From: Octopus vulgaris
Lineage: Eukaryota
Length of the DNA stretch: 64,000 nucleotides
Direction: 5' to 3'
Assembly (NCBI GenBank): GCA_951406725.2
Contig: OX597820.1
Coordinates: 87,668,001-87,732,000, forward strand
Made by a program: the position numbers and the translations under genes. Of the stretch, positions 13,967-26,310 are shown piece by piece; position 1 is the first letter of the stretch; each line of letters starts with the position of its first letter. The notes beneath the pieces are model-generated. The model saw nothing but the letters and a program-made list of their open reading frames with translations. It made no database searches and was not told the origin of the DNA.

Positions 13967-15171
13967 ATTGTTAGCTTCACCAGATGTCACTTTACTCATT
14001 CAGAGTATCTTCATAAATAGTTTCTCTGTAACTTGACGCAATATAAATAGATCTTAGAATTTTCAACAATTAGTTTTCAATTGTTTATTCAACTGAATGA
14101 TCATGATCGCTGTATTACCATGTAAGTGGTTGTGTATTCCACAGACACGAGTACCCTTATTGTTGTTCTCAGGTGGAATCTGTGTGATACAGTGTGAAAA
14201 GAACTGTTGAATTAGAGATGCAGTCCATGATAGGCTTATGGACAGTTTCCTTTTATCCCATTTCACTCATAAACTAAGGCTTGACTTGTGGCTATAAAAA
14301 ATGATGCTTGCCTAAGATGGCGTACTGTGGGATGAAACCTGAGACTCTTTGATTGTAAATCTAACTTAACCATTTGGTTATATTGTTTCTACATTTTACA
14401 AAGAAATACAACTATTAATAAATTCCTGTCTTTTGAATACTTCTCTTGGAATATTCAGCATGAAACCTTGGATGTGCAAACATGTGTACATGCATAAGCT
14501 CTTGGACATAAATAATGCATCTAACTTCTGATATTTTCTAATATTTTTTTATATTAATAACAATTTTAATAGTTGTTGTTTCTATAAGTTTATGGTTTAA
14601 GCTGAAATAAAAATTTTCAGTTATATGATGTTGAACTATTAATAAACAATGCTTAATTTTAAATGTATTTTCCTAAGAATGACAATTTCAGCTGAGGTTT
14701 TATCACAAATTTTGGTTCGAAAGATGAGAGATATTCATAAATCAAAATAATGGCAAACTGTTTCATATTTGAATTCCAAACAAACAACATAAAAATACTC
14801 TTTGTGAAATTAAGGATTCCTTTTTTTCTTTTCTTTTTTTTTAAATTTCAACTCTAATCTGTTTAGTTACAAATTTGAAGTTTTATACATACTTCAATAA
14901 AAATTTTTTTGTTCCTCATAAAATTAAAGCAAAACTTCACCAATGCAACATTTATTGGCCTTAATTAAATTTATGGGATATTTATTAATATTTGTTAAAT
15001 AATTTGAAGTATTGGTGGTTTTTACTAATATAAGAAACATTTTCTTACTATTCTAATATAGTAATGAAAATACTGGGTGAAATCATTTAGAATTTCCATA
15101 TGTCTAAAAACATTGTTATTAAAGTTGTCTTTAAATGATTGAAAAAAAAATCCTTAAAACATCTTTTTTAG

Positions 15172-15192
15172 ACTTAAGTTCCTCTGACATAG
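15172..15192 (+). CDS. KIF21A: Candidate 21-nt microexon (DLSSSDI)
   Basis: ctttttttag-type acceptor and AG|gtaagt donor; phase 1-1, frame preserving, no stop. Confidence 0.65.
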
Positions 15193-15825
15193 GTAAGTCA
15201 TTCTTTCTGTGTGATTTAGTTCTGTTCATTGTTGGTCATGTTGTCGTTTCATATTTTAGTTGTGCAGAAATCTTTCATTGGCTTAGAATCAATGTTACTT
15301 TTTCACACCTTTCTACTTGCACTAGAACCTCATTAGTTTTGTGTCAGTTTAAATGTTAGTTTACACCTTTATATTTATTTTTCATTGCCTCAACAAATGA
15401 ATGTTTTCTTTGTATACCTTTTTTAAATTGCCTGGCATGACAGGAACCTCTCTTCACATAATTTACATGTGTGTGCTTGTGTGCACACACTGTATCTTAC
15501 TTACGTAAAAGTTGACCTCCGTCTTGAACGCAAAAATTTAAGTTTCCATATATCATGTCAAAATTGACCCAGTTTGTTCATAGATTAGAGTTCAACATTT
15601 ATAAATTGGGGAATTATCTCATCTGTAAATGTTACAATGTAGAAATGAAATTTCTGTGGGTGTTAGCCCAAATTTGATATGTTTGATGGTATTAAGTTAA
15701 AACTAATGGTTGTTTTTTAAGAGAAAACTCAGCCAAAAGAGAAATTTCAAAAAGGAAATATCATCCATGTGCATCCACAAGGGTAGATGTAGAAAATCAT
15801 GGAAGTTTGGAGTTTACTACCCGGT

Positions 15826-16834
15826 AGAGTATGGAAAAATAAAAATCTTTTCCTGTATTGAACTAATTTAGGGCACACCCAGTGAAGAATGTTAACCTCA
15901 GATTGCAAAACATTGACATAGTTCTAATTTTTAGTGGACTTGCAAGTGTTTTTCAAGCATTAGATATTAGTATCGATAAACCATTTAAGGACATAATGGG
16001 AAACTAGTGAAATGATAACAGGATGTGAGGATGAAGAAAAAAAATGTATATGAAATGAGGCAGTATGTGGGCCCTGTTCTGTGAATGGATCATTGATCCA
16101 TGGAAGGAATTTTAAAATTAATGTAACAGAGAAAGCGGGAGACACTAATCTAGCTATGAAAAAAATGTTTTTAGGGGAGGCTGTTAGTTGCATGGAGAGT
16201 AGTGTTATATTTCTGTATGCTTTAGAAATTTTAGTCTCCAAAGCAACATTGAATTAAAAATGCAACACTGATATCCTGTAGCGGAGAGATGTGATGCAAA
16301 ACGTATCAAACAGGTGAATACATCAGCAGTTAAACATGCTGATTGCCAAGTACGTATTGAATATTACACTTTATTGCAGTAGGTTAGTGATAATATACAA
16401 TAATTATGAGATGTAAATTGATTTCACTAAGCTGTCTGATTTGTGTAATAGATATGAGAGAAAGAGAAACAGTAAATATTTATGAGCTACATGGCCTTAT
16501 TTATGCTTGTTGTTACTTAGATCTGTGTTTTGATGCATGAAATAAGTATTATTACTATATTTCATGCTTGTGCTTTTTTTTTATATTCATTTTGAGATCA
16601 TATAGATTTCTCCTACGTGATATATATTAGATTCTAGAATGAATTTCCGCCCCTCAGAAGTAGTATCCATAAATTTAAGCTTAAGAATGAATTATTGATA
16701 CTTACATCTAATGTTTGAAAAATACTTGTAAGTCCACCGAGAATTAAAGCTATGTCAATGTTTTGCGATCTGAGGTTAACATTCTTCACTGGGAGTGAAG
16801 TCTGATACAGGAAAACTTTTTTCTTCCATACTCT
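15826..16834. mobile_element. Non-autonomous element with about 150-bp inverted repeats
   Basis: cccagtgaagaatgttaacctcagat.gcaaaacattgacatag (about 15878) is reverse-complemented at about 16749-16793; arms about 15826-15979 and 16692-16834. Confidence 0.78.
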
Positions 16835-19800
16835 GGATTAGGTCAGCTTTGAATTCAAAACTTGAGAGGAGTTAATACCCCCAAAATACTTTGTGATGTG
16901 TTGCCAGTTTTGTCATCTAACACACACACATACGTTACTCATAAATTTGATGACTGGTAATAGTCTAGGTTTTCTGTAGGCCTCTTGGTATCATTGACGT
17001 GGTTGCTACTGTTTGAACTTCCATAGGTTGGAACTTCCAGTTAAATTATTTAATATGGGGAGCCAGTCAGTAGTTGTACTATGTGGATGGGGTTTGTCAA
17101 TTAGCTGAATGTCTGGTGTATATGAAAGCAGTAACATCACTCTGTTAGCAGTACTCCAATGAGGACTACACTTAAAATATTGGAGAATTGCAGCAAATTG
17201 ATTGGAACTAAAGTACTCAGTGGTCCAAAAGTGGAAATATAGCATTTGGAATGAATTTATAGCTAGTTTAAGGATCCTAATTATTAATTGTTCCTACTGA
17301 GATGAGTAGGAGCAGTAATTACATCTTTGTATTGTTGACCCTTTTAGAGGATGTTTTTCAGGTTTCAAATTTATGGAACCGTGCACATTTGTTGTAAGCT
17401 GTATTGGTTGTGTGTTGGCGATGGTGTGCAAGCGAAAAAGAAATAAAGGTGGGAAGTGATTGATTAGAATTAACCATATTAAGAACATGAAGCATAACAA
17501 TGTTGAGGTCATTAGAGTTGATGAAGCATGGGTTTTAGAGAGAGCTTTGTTAATGTCCTCTGTAGTGTTGTGGTTTAAGTCTTTTGATCCCAAATATGGG
17601 AAATGATTAACATCTGTGGCCAGCCAGTTTAGCTATGCTGTTTTTATACCAGCCATGGTAAAAATCTTTACTGATGTCAATTCCTGTCACTGTAGTTCTT
17701 CTTAAAGATGAATTACTGCTAGTAAGCAACACAGGAGAACAAGTCCCTAATATATTTGGCATCGCTCACCAAATCATAATAGTGGGGTGGGGGTTGGGAG
17801 ACTGACAGACTCAGTGATGATTTCTGTTGAGAAATGAAAAATTTAAAATTTGCCATATGCCCACTCAAGTTTTTTCACAAATTCCCAGTGCAACTAGTAA
17901 ATATTTTCTAATTATTTAAATATGTTTTGTATTAATTCAGTTAAGGAATTTTGGTTGTTGATCACAAATTGTATTTTTTTTCACACCTTACATTAATTTA
18001 CCTAATAATTGGCTCCCTGTTGAGTTTTCATCTTTTTTATAGTTGCATTCTGCATAATTTATAAGCTAAAACTCTGTGTGTATAAATATTGTTCCTGATT
18101 TGACAGTGTCTGCTAATTTCAGCCCAAATATTTATGTATGCTTGTGACACTGTATGCTTATATTTGTATGTGTGTTCTTATTCTGCAATCTATCTCTGTC
18201 TGCTTGTCTCTGGCCTTTTCTTTGCAGAATAGAACAATAAAATTGTTAGTTGCAGATATTTATGCATTAAGCTGTGATTATATTTCACTGCCGGAATTTG
18301 TATTTAGTCTTAAAACGGAAATATATGCTTATTTTTTTAAAGTGGATCCAACCACACACACATGGCACTAAATCAAAGCAGCTGCATCTCCTCATTAGGT
18401 TCTAGATCCTCTGGATCAATTTTAGCTTTCATTAGCTTAATTTAAAGATACATGGATATTTTCTTCAAATTTTCATTAGTGTACAATAAATGTTTGATTT
18501 AAAACACATTTCCACCAAAGTTTGAAATGAATCTGGTATATTATTCTTGTCATCAATCACAGAACTATGTAAATAATCAATACTTACTTTTGGTTCCTGT
18601 AGTATTTAATAATTTCCCTTTATTTTGCTCCGAATAGAATATTGATTTATTTCAGAAAACCTTTATATTTATTCTTACATTTCAATGTAATGTGACAAGT
18701 AGATGTGACTTACTCATATACTATTAAACATCTACGGTAGGATTTGAACATACAGCATAACCTGACATCTACTCAGATCATGCTTATACTAGTGTACTAT
18801 CAGATACTTTCCCTTGGTGAAAGAAGTATAATCTTATGTTTAGATATCTAAATATCAAATCAATTACAACATTGAAGATGCATATTAGCCATTCAAAAAC
18901 ATAGACTGCAGTGGAATCACATCAGTGGCTATGTCACAGTTGATGCAATAAAAATTGTGACACCAAATAACAAATGTTTGTGTGAAATTAACTGTTGTTG
19001 TGTGCTTTTCATTGGTTATGTCTTCCATGTTGAAATCATTTTAGGTTCAACACATAGCCTCAGATCAAATCACTTGCCTAGCAGGAATACCTCTAAAATA
19101 AATATTAAATTTTCTAAAAAGAACCTGGGTTGCTGCAGTTGTGTGCAAGTGTAATATTGTAAATCCAGATTGTATAAACCATTAAATGAAACTGATTTCA
19201 GTCAACAAAGATTTTGCAGTGAATTTGATTCTGTCAAATGTTTCATTGCTATACTTGACGTTGCTCTAAAATAACTTTAATTTAGAACCCACACACATGC
19301 ACAGAGCTGAAGCCATATGTTGCTTGCTTTAATGTTGAGTTCAAATCTAGTCAGTTCACTAGTGGTAGTCATTGTTAGGAATGGTGCAATGTTATAGTAT
19401 AGGAAACATTTGGCTATTCCAGATAGAAACTCTTGTAATATTTTTTGAAAAATAAAATTGCAATTTGGATTTTTAATTTGTTGCTTGTTGTTTGGCTCGG
19501 CTTCCACCTTACATTGTGATATGTTATTAAAAATATATAATTAGCTTCTCATACTCCAATATCAATACATGTAATTAGAAATTTTTGAATTACTTTAAAC
19601 CAGACTTGATTATTGTAAGCACGTCTATAAAACAAGTCCGTTTAATTGGGTATTAGGCTAACTTACGCTACGCTTAATTAAATTAATGATCTGGATCAAT
19701 ATTTCGGGATTATTTCATAATCTTAGAATAATTTAACATGTTATTTCAATTAAAAATGTAAAAATTTCTAATTAAAACAGTTGGTCTGGCTTGCAGGAGA

Positions 19801-20094
19801 TTTAATTGCTATTTCCAGTAGGTTGGGTGATTCCATAGTCTCCCGGATTGGCTAGAGATGGTGGTTTTAAACTAGGCAATGTGATAGGACAACTAGTTTT
19901 GTGATGAAACCAGCAGTACCTGATGCAAAACTTGAATGTAAAATAGTAAATCTTGTAACATCTGTGTCTCAATCTGCACTTCATATGGTTTTGTTATTTT
20001 TAATATCACTCATGTTATAAGATATTAAAATGCTTGAATCAATTGTGAAACTTTCTTAATGTCATTCCCCTCTGAGGATTATTATTATTAAAGG

Positions 20095-21000
20095 AAGTGA
20101 TAAGCTGGCAGAATTGTTAATATACCAGACAAACTGCTTCAGCATTTCATAAGGCCTTATGTCCTGAGTTCAAATTACATTGAGATCAACATTGCTGTTC
20201 ATTTTTTTTGGATCAATAAAATAAATGCTTGTTGAAATTTGGTCATTGTGGTCATGCTTTGTACTTATAGTAGAAAGAATTATTATTCTGCCAAGGTCAA
20301 CTTTCCCTTTCATCCTTTCAAGGTTGATGAAATAAAAGGTTGATACCAGTTGAGCACTGGGGTTGATGTAATTGACGACCCCATCTCCCCAAATTTCAAG
20401 CCTTGTGCCAATAGTAGAAAGGATTATTATTATCACTACTATTATTATTACTGCAGTGGATTGGCAGAATTGTTAGAGCAGAAGAGAAAATGCCTCATGA
20501 AATTTGTCTAAGCTCTTTACATTCTGAGATCAAATCACGTTGTTGCTTTTCATCCCTTTGGGTGTTGATAAAGTACCTGTAATGTTTTCAACTAACCATC
20601 TCCCTTAAAAGTGACAGGACTTGTGTTTGTTAGAAACAATTATAGATTTCTCTTTCAGGGTGGCAAGCTGGCAGATTTATTAGAATATTGCATTGAAGAA
20701 ATGTTTTGTAGTATTTGTCCAGTATTTGCCTTCTCTTAGAATTGCTGGCCTTGTGTCTAAATTGGAAGTGATTATTAATATCAGTTTCGCATTTTGGCAG
20801 AAGGCCAGCAATTTGGGGGGAGGAGGTAAGCTGATTACATTGACACCACCACCCCCAATATTGAACTGGTACATATTTTATCAAGCCCCTGAAAGGCCAA
20901 GTCAACTTTGTGGAATTTGAACTCAGAACATAAGGACTGACCAAATGCCACTAAGCATTTTGCCTGATGTGTTAATTATTCTGTGAGTTCACTGCCTTTG
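20095..21000. mobile_element. Cluster of SINE A copies in both orientations
   Basis: Family A motifs at about 20100, 20290, 20460 and 20665 (+) and 20790-21000 (-). Confidence 0.75.
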
Positions 21001-23266
21001 ATATTTTTAATACTTCCAGGTTGAGTAGTTATTTCTTAGTTTATAAGTATTGTCCACTTTGTAAGTGATGAACAGTTTTTTAAGTTATTAACATTGTGAT
21101 GTTGCTGGCCTTTAGATTTACTTCATGCCACATCACTAACTACAATATCCCTTAATTCAAGTTTCCTTTAATTTTAATTAAATCTAATTGGGTTGGAATA
21201 GATTTTTTTTTGTTTGTTTTTGTTTTATTTAGATGGCTGAATTGAATTATGGAATTCAAATAATGTATGCTGTTGATATTTCTGAAGTGCTGTGACCTCT
21301 ATATGTCAGTTGTGACCTGTTTCAGTGTCCTAATACAGTTTTGTATCTGTTACTGGCACAACAGATGTTACATGTTAAAAAAAAAGTTAAAATATTCTTT
21401 ATATCTTACATAATGATATTAGTTTCAACTGCTAGCTCTTTTATATAATAATCTTGAAGAATATTGAAAGCTATTTGAACTGTTCTCAACAAGAAAACAA
21501 ACATTTAGTTGACTATCATTGTTAAGTGTTAAGTGGATGTATAGAATTCTTCCACCTTGACTTGCTGTTAATGATCAATTTATGATAATTAATCTATTTT
21601 TGCTTACGTGTTCATTCTTTTATCTTTTCTGAAATCAGTTAAGAATTCTTAATATTCTGGCTAACTGTTCTCAAACTTTTTTCCTTCCTATCTTTTAATA
21701 AGAAAAAAAAAAACGTTTACATACTTCCTCATCCCATAAACTGATTTGCTAGTGGGAAGGGGAATTTGTAAGTGTGCACTTTAGATCTACTTTTTTTTAA
21801 TTGAATTTTCCTGCTTGCTTTCAGTGTTCTTGTTTTCCTTTCGTTCATCCACATGCCCACCCACTAGCTATATGTCAGTATCACTTAAGAGATGTACTAT
21901 ATAACATTCTGTGACCTATTGATTAAGATTAAAATATATTTAAATATATTTTTCTCTTACTTTCTCCTTGTTCACTCTCACTCCTCATGCTCTGCATGTG
22001 TTTCTCTGTCATGCATGTTGATAACTTTTTGTTTTTTATTTTACAAGTAAGGATTGTTATTATAGCTTTCCTGTATATCAAAAAACTCCAAGTTATAGTC
22101 AACTCTTTTAGTCTAGCTTAAAATTAAACATTAAAGTAAATTTCACTTAGATCTTAGTCTAAGTGAAATAAGTTGAATGCTAAATTAATTTAGAAAGATC
22201 TTCAGGAATTTTGATAAATAATATTTCTTAATATTAGTTAAGCATCAAGCTGGCAGAATCGTTAACATGCCAGACAAAATGCTGTGAAGCATTTTGCCTG
22301 TCTTTACATCATTCTCAGTTCAAATTCTGCCACGGCCAACTTTGCTTTTCATCCTTTTGGGGTTGATAAAATAAGTTCCTGCTTCCCCGAATATGCTGAC
22401 CCTGTACTAAAATTTGGAAGCAATATTAGTTATTGGAAATTAAAAGTGATGGAAAGTGAACAGAAATTTTTTTTGTTTGTTTTTTTTTCATTTATTGATT
22501 CTCAATAAGTAATTCGACTGGATTATATTGCTGTGCACTAAATGGCTTATGGTTTATATAGATCAGCAGTAAAAATAAATACAGTTTAGAAACCAAAACC
22601 TAATATTTAGGTAATTTCTTTTTAATAGTTAAAATTGCACTGATGTCCTGCTACAATGATTTCACAAAAGCATTAGTGAAATACAGGCTTTCAAAATAGA
22701 ACCAGTCTCATGAAACATACTCTCTCTCTCACATACACACACGCACGCTTATGTACACAACAACAGTTTTAGCAACTGTCTTACTAGGTTATACAGCCCA
22801 ATTGTAGCACTAATACTTTCACAAATACCATTGTTAGATACTTCAGTGCCCTTGACACTTAGCTTTCAAATAATGTTCAGATAATAAACAGTAACATAAT
22901 ATCATCACAATTATATTCACTTTATATTCATAATAATCCACGTCAACACCCTCTACAACACTTTCCTAGATAACACCACCTTCTCCCCACATGCTCTACA
23001 ACCCTTTTACAATCACCCTTACCTTTCTTTGGTCTGCCTACCAATTCCCTTTGAAATGCATTTTTATGCTAATATAAAAAGCAAAAATGCTTTTATGAAC
23101 TTCATGAGTTCCACTGAGAAACAGAATCCAGATTTTCCAGAATTCAATAGTACCACAATCATTAACATAGACATTGCAGTAAATACATTCAACCAAATAG
23201 TTATAGATTCATCCCATCATAGCAAATTATAATTGAAGTTATATATCAGAAATAACCAATATCATA

Positions 23267-24135
23267 CAACGCTGAAACTGGTATCAAAAGGTTCCTGGAC
23301 TAGTTATGTTTAATAAAAGAAAAAAATAACTTATTTGCCTAAGTTTTAACATTAACTCCTTCGAAATAATCATCTTGCGCATCAATACACTGGTCTCAGG
23401 ATTCCTGCCACTTTGGGAATCTGGCCTGGAAGTCATTTTCTGTAAGCAAGGCAAGGACCTTTTGCAATTCACTCTTGATCTCAATAATGGTGTTAAAATG
23501 GCAACCTTTGAGCTGCATTTTCATCTTGTGGAAGAGATGGAAGTCTGCAGGTGCTAAATCTGGTGAACAGGGCAGGTGTGGAAGCAATACCATGTTGTTT
23601 TTGGTGTGAAACTTATGAGTGAAGAGAGCTTTGTGACAAGGTGCATTGTTGTCATGAAGAATCCAGGTGTTAGGATTGCCTGCACGGACCCATAAAACAG
23701 ACCGACAACATCAGCAATGTCCTTTGACAACCCTCATGCACAAGCTGATGAATTTTCTTCACATTTCTGAGGGTGACACATGGCAGGTTTTCCAGATCAT
23801 TCATCGTCTTCGAAACATTGCATACAGCTCATTGTCTTGTCACCATAAACTTACCAAAGCCTGCTCAATGTCTCTGTAGCAGACTTCCCAAGTTTAATAC
23901 AAAATTTCACGTTGGCTCTTTGTTCCAACTTTCTGTCCATGACAAAAATTGCAGATGACAGCATACATGTAATCACTAAAACACAAATTTCATAACTTGT
24001 GTAGTAAATACAGCTATGTTACGTGGCACACTGCCTCATGAAGGTCACTTCTAGCTTACACTGTGCACACAACCGTGTGTTGCCATTTGTTGGCATGCTA
24101 CAGAACTAGTCTAAGAACTTTTTGATACCACCTTG
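23267..24135 (-). mobile_element. Internally deleted mariner
   Basis: PHLPCSPDLAPADFHLF (YSPDLAP motif); imperfect TIRs ggtatcaaaa.gttc.t.gactagt; TA flanks. Confidence 0.88.
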
Positions 24136-24490
24136 TAAACAAAGAAATAAATAAATAGAAAAACAGTAAGCTGGTAAATATTTGTATTTGGCATTAATTT
24201 CAAAACTAACAGTAAAGCAATAGATAAATTAGCATCAACAATAAAATTCTATGACTTGGCCCCACAACAACAGACTTAAAGTAACACCAACCAAATCCGC
24301 TTTCTCCCTTGTCAATAACAACACAATCATTTAATATAAGTAATTATTACTCACACACATAATATAACACAAGCAAATAAGATGTTTTTTTTAAATTACT
24401 TCCTTTACCAGTTACAGCAGTAACGGTGTTTGAAATATGTGTATTAGAAAATTGTAAAAAAGTGAAAATGGTATTTTAAATTGTTTGAAG

Positions 24491-25175
24491 CAGTGGTTCT
24501 CAACCATTTTTTGCCTACTGTGTCCCCATAGCCATTTGAGGTTTATATACATTTGATGTATATAACCAGCCCACTTATGCGTATCTTTCCTTCATTGGAC
24601 ACTAAACTCTGCTTGCGAAGACCTGTTGAGGCAAGTGAAATCGAAATCGAATGAAATTCGATGACAGGCACCCGTGCCAGTGGAGCGCCAGGAGCACCAT
24701 CCAAGCATGATCATTGTCAGAGCAGCTGACTGGCTTCCGTGCCAGTGGCACGTGAAAGAACATTTGAGCGAGGTCGTTGCCAGTGCTGCTGGACTGGCTC
24801 CTGTGCCGGTGGCACATAAAAAACACCATTTGAGTGTGGCCATTGCCAGTGCCGCATGACTGGCCCTCGTGCTGGTAGCACGTAAAAGCACCCACTACAC
24901 TCTGAGTGGTTGGTGTCAGGAAGGGCATCCAGCTGTAGAAACTCTACCAGATCAGATTGAAGTCTGGTGCAGCCATCTGGTGTTTGCTAGTCCTCAGTCA
25001 AATCATCCAATTCTTGCTAGCATGGACGTTAAACAATGATGATGATGAAAAATAATCTATTGTATAAAAAGAATTTTTAATTTACATGCAATAAAATGCT
25101 TAGACACAAAATATTTTTAGAACAAAATTTTATATGAACCCGTAAGGGTCATATGAACCCAGTCAAGAACCAATG
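24491..25175. mobile_element. hAT-type MITE with nested SINE (about 24566-25048)
   Basis: cagtggttctcaac...gtcaagaaccaatg ends; 8-bp TSD gtttgaag/gtttaaag; insert has repeated gtgccagtgg units and a (GAT)n tail. Confidence 0.7.
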
Positions 25176-25627
25176 GTTTAAAGGAGTCAAAAGATATCTT
25201 AATGTAACCATGCTTAGTTTGAATAGGTAATACTACCTCTATGGCAACAACATCCAGCTAAAGGATTAAGTATTCTATCAAATTTATGTAATTTTACTTA
25301 TGTATTATTGCTTTCAATAGTGGAGCTTAAATATAAATATTTGAAATGAGTTTTGCATGTGTGATTGTGTTTTTCTTTTCTTTTCTTTTTTTTTCAAGTT
25401 TCTGTTGATCACTTTCACTATTTGTCAACAAATATTTCAATTTGTTTTTCCTTATAAATTTAAAAATGGTTCTGTTTCTTTTGAATCGTTATAGTATCAA
25501 GTATTCCTTGAGCTTTATTATGTCTGTCTTACTACACACACAACACATATTCATACTCACATACATACACATTCACTTATTCAAATGCTTTGGAAATCTG
25601 TTCCATATCATGTTATTTTTCTTTCAG

Positions 25628-25651
25628 ATTTATTTTTGTAATAGTAGCAAA
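25628..25651 (+). other. Candidate 24-nt stop/poison microexon
   Basis: tttttctttcag acceptor, gtaagt donor; in KIF21 phase 1 reads (D)LFL TAA TAG TAG. Confidence 0.35.
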
Positions 25652-26271
25652 GTAAGTTAATTTAGACGTCCCAGATTAAAATCAGCATTTCAGAATTATG
25701 TTGAGATTATGGTTATCAGTGGGACCTTTTGATTGCTCTTGACAATTATGTTATGGTGATAATTTACATAAATGAAAGCATTTTGATGACTGAATAAAGA
25801 TTTATTCTCTCTCTCTCATATATATAATTTTATTTTAATATTTTTATCTGAAAATTTTTGCAAGCATGATTTTTTGAACAACCATATATTATGATAAATT
25901 TCAATTGACATTGTTTTAAAAAAAGGTTCTTTATATTAATAACATGGTTGTTCAGTCATTCTAAATTATTATAATCATCTCTCTACATTGAGGGAATATC
26001 TGTTATAATGTTGTCTTAATATATACCAATTATTTTCCTGCCAAGGTTGACTTTGCCTTTCATCCATTTGGGGTTGATAAAATAAGTACCAGTTGAGCAC
26101 TGGGGTCAATGTAATCGACTAATCCCCTCCCCCTGAAATTACTGGCCTTGTGCTAAAATTTAAAATCAATATATACCAAGTATTTAAATTATTTTGATAT
26201 GGAATACATCATTTTCAAATGATTAGAAGAATATTCTTAAATACTCTTGCAATTGTTTCTCTTCTCCCCAG

Positions 26272-26310
26272 CTCTCACAGCTTCTCTGTACACTTTATGG
26301 AGCTTCACAG
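26272..26310 (+). CDS. Candidate 39-nt (or 30-nt from 26281) cassette exon
   Basis: tttctcttctccccag acceptor, CAG|gtaact donor; phase 1-1 open (ALTASLYTLWSFT); TGCATG at 26352. Confidence 0.4.
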
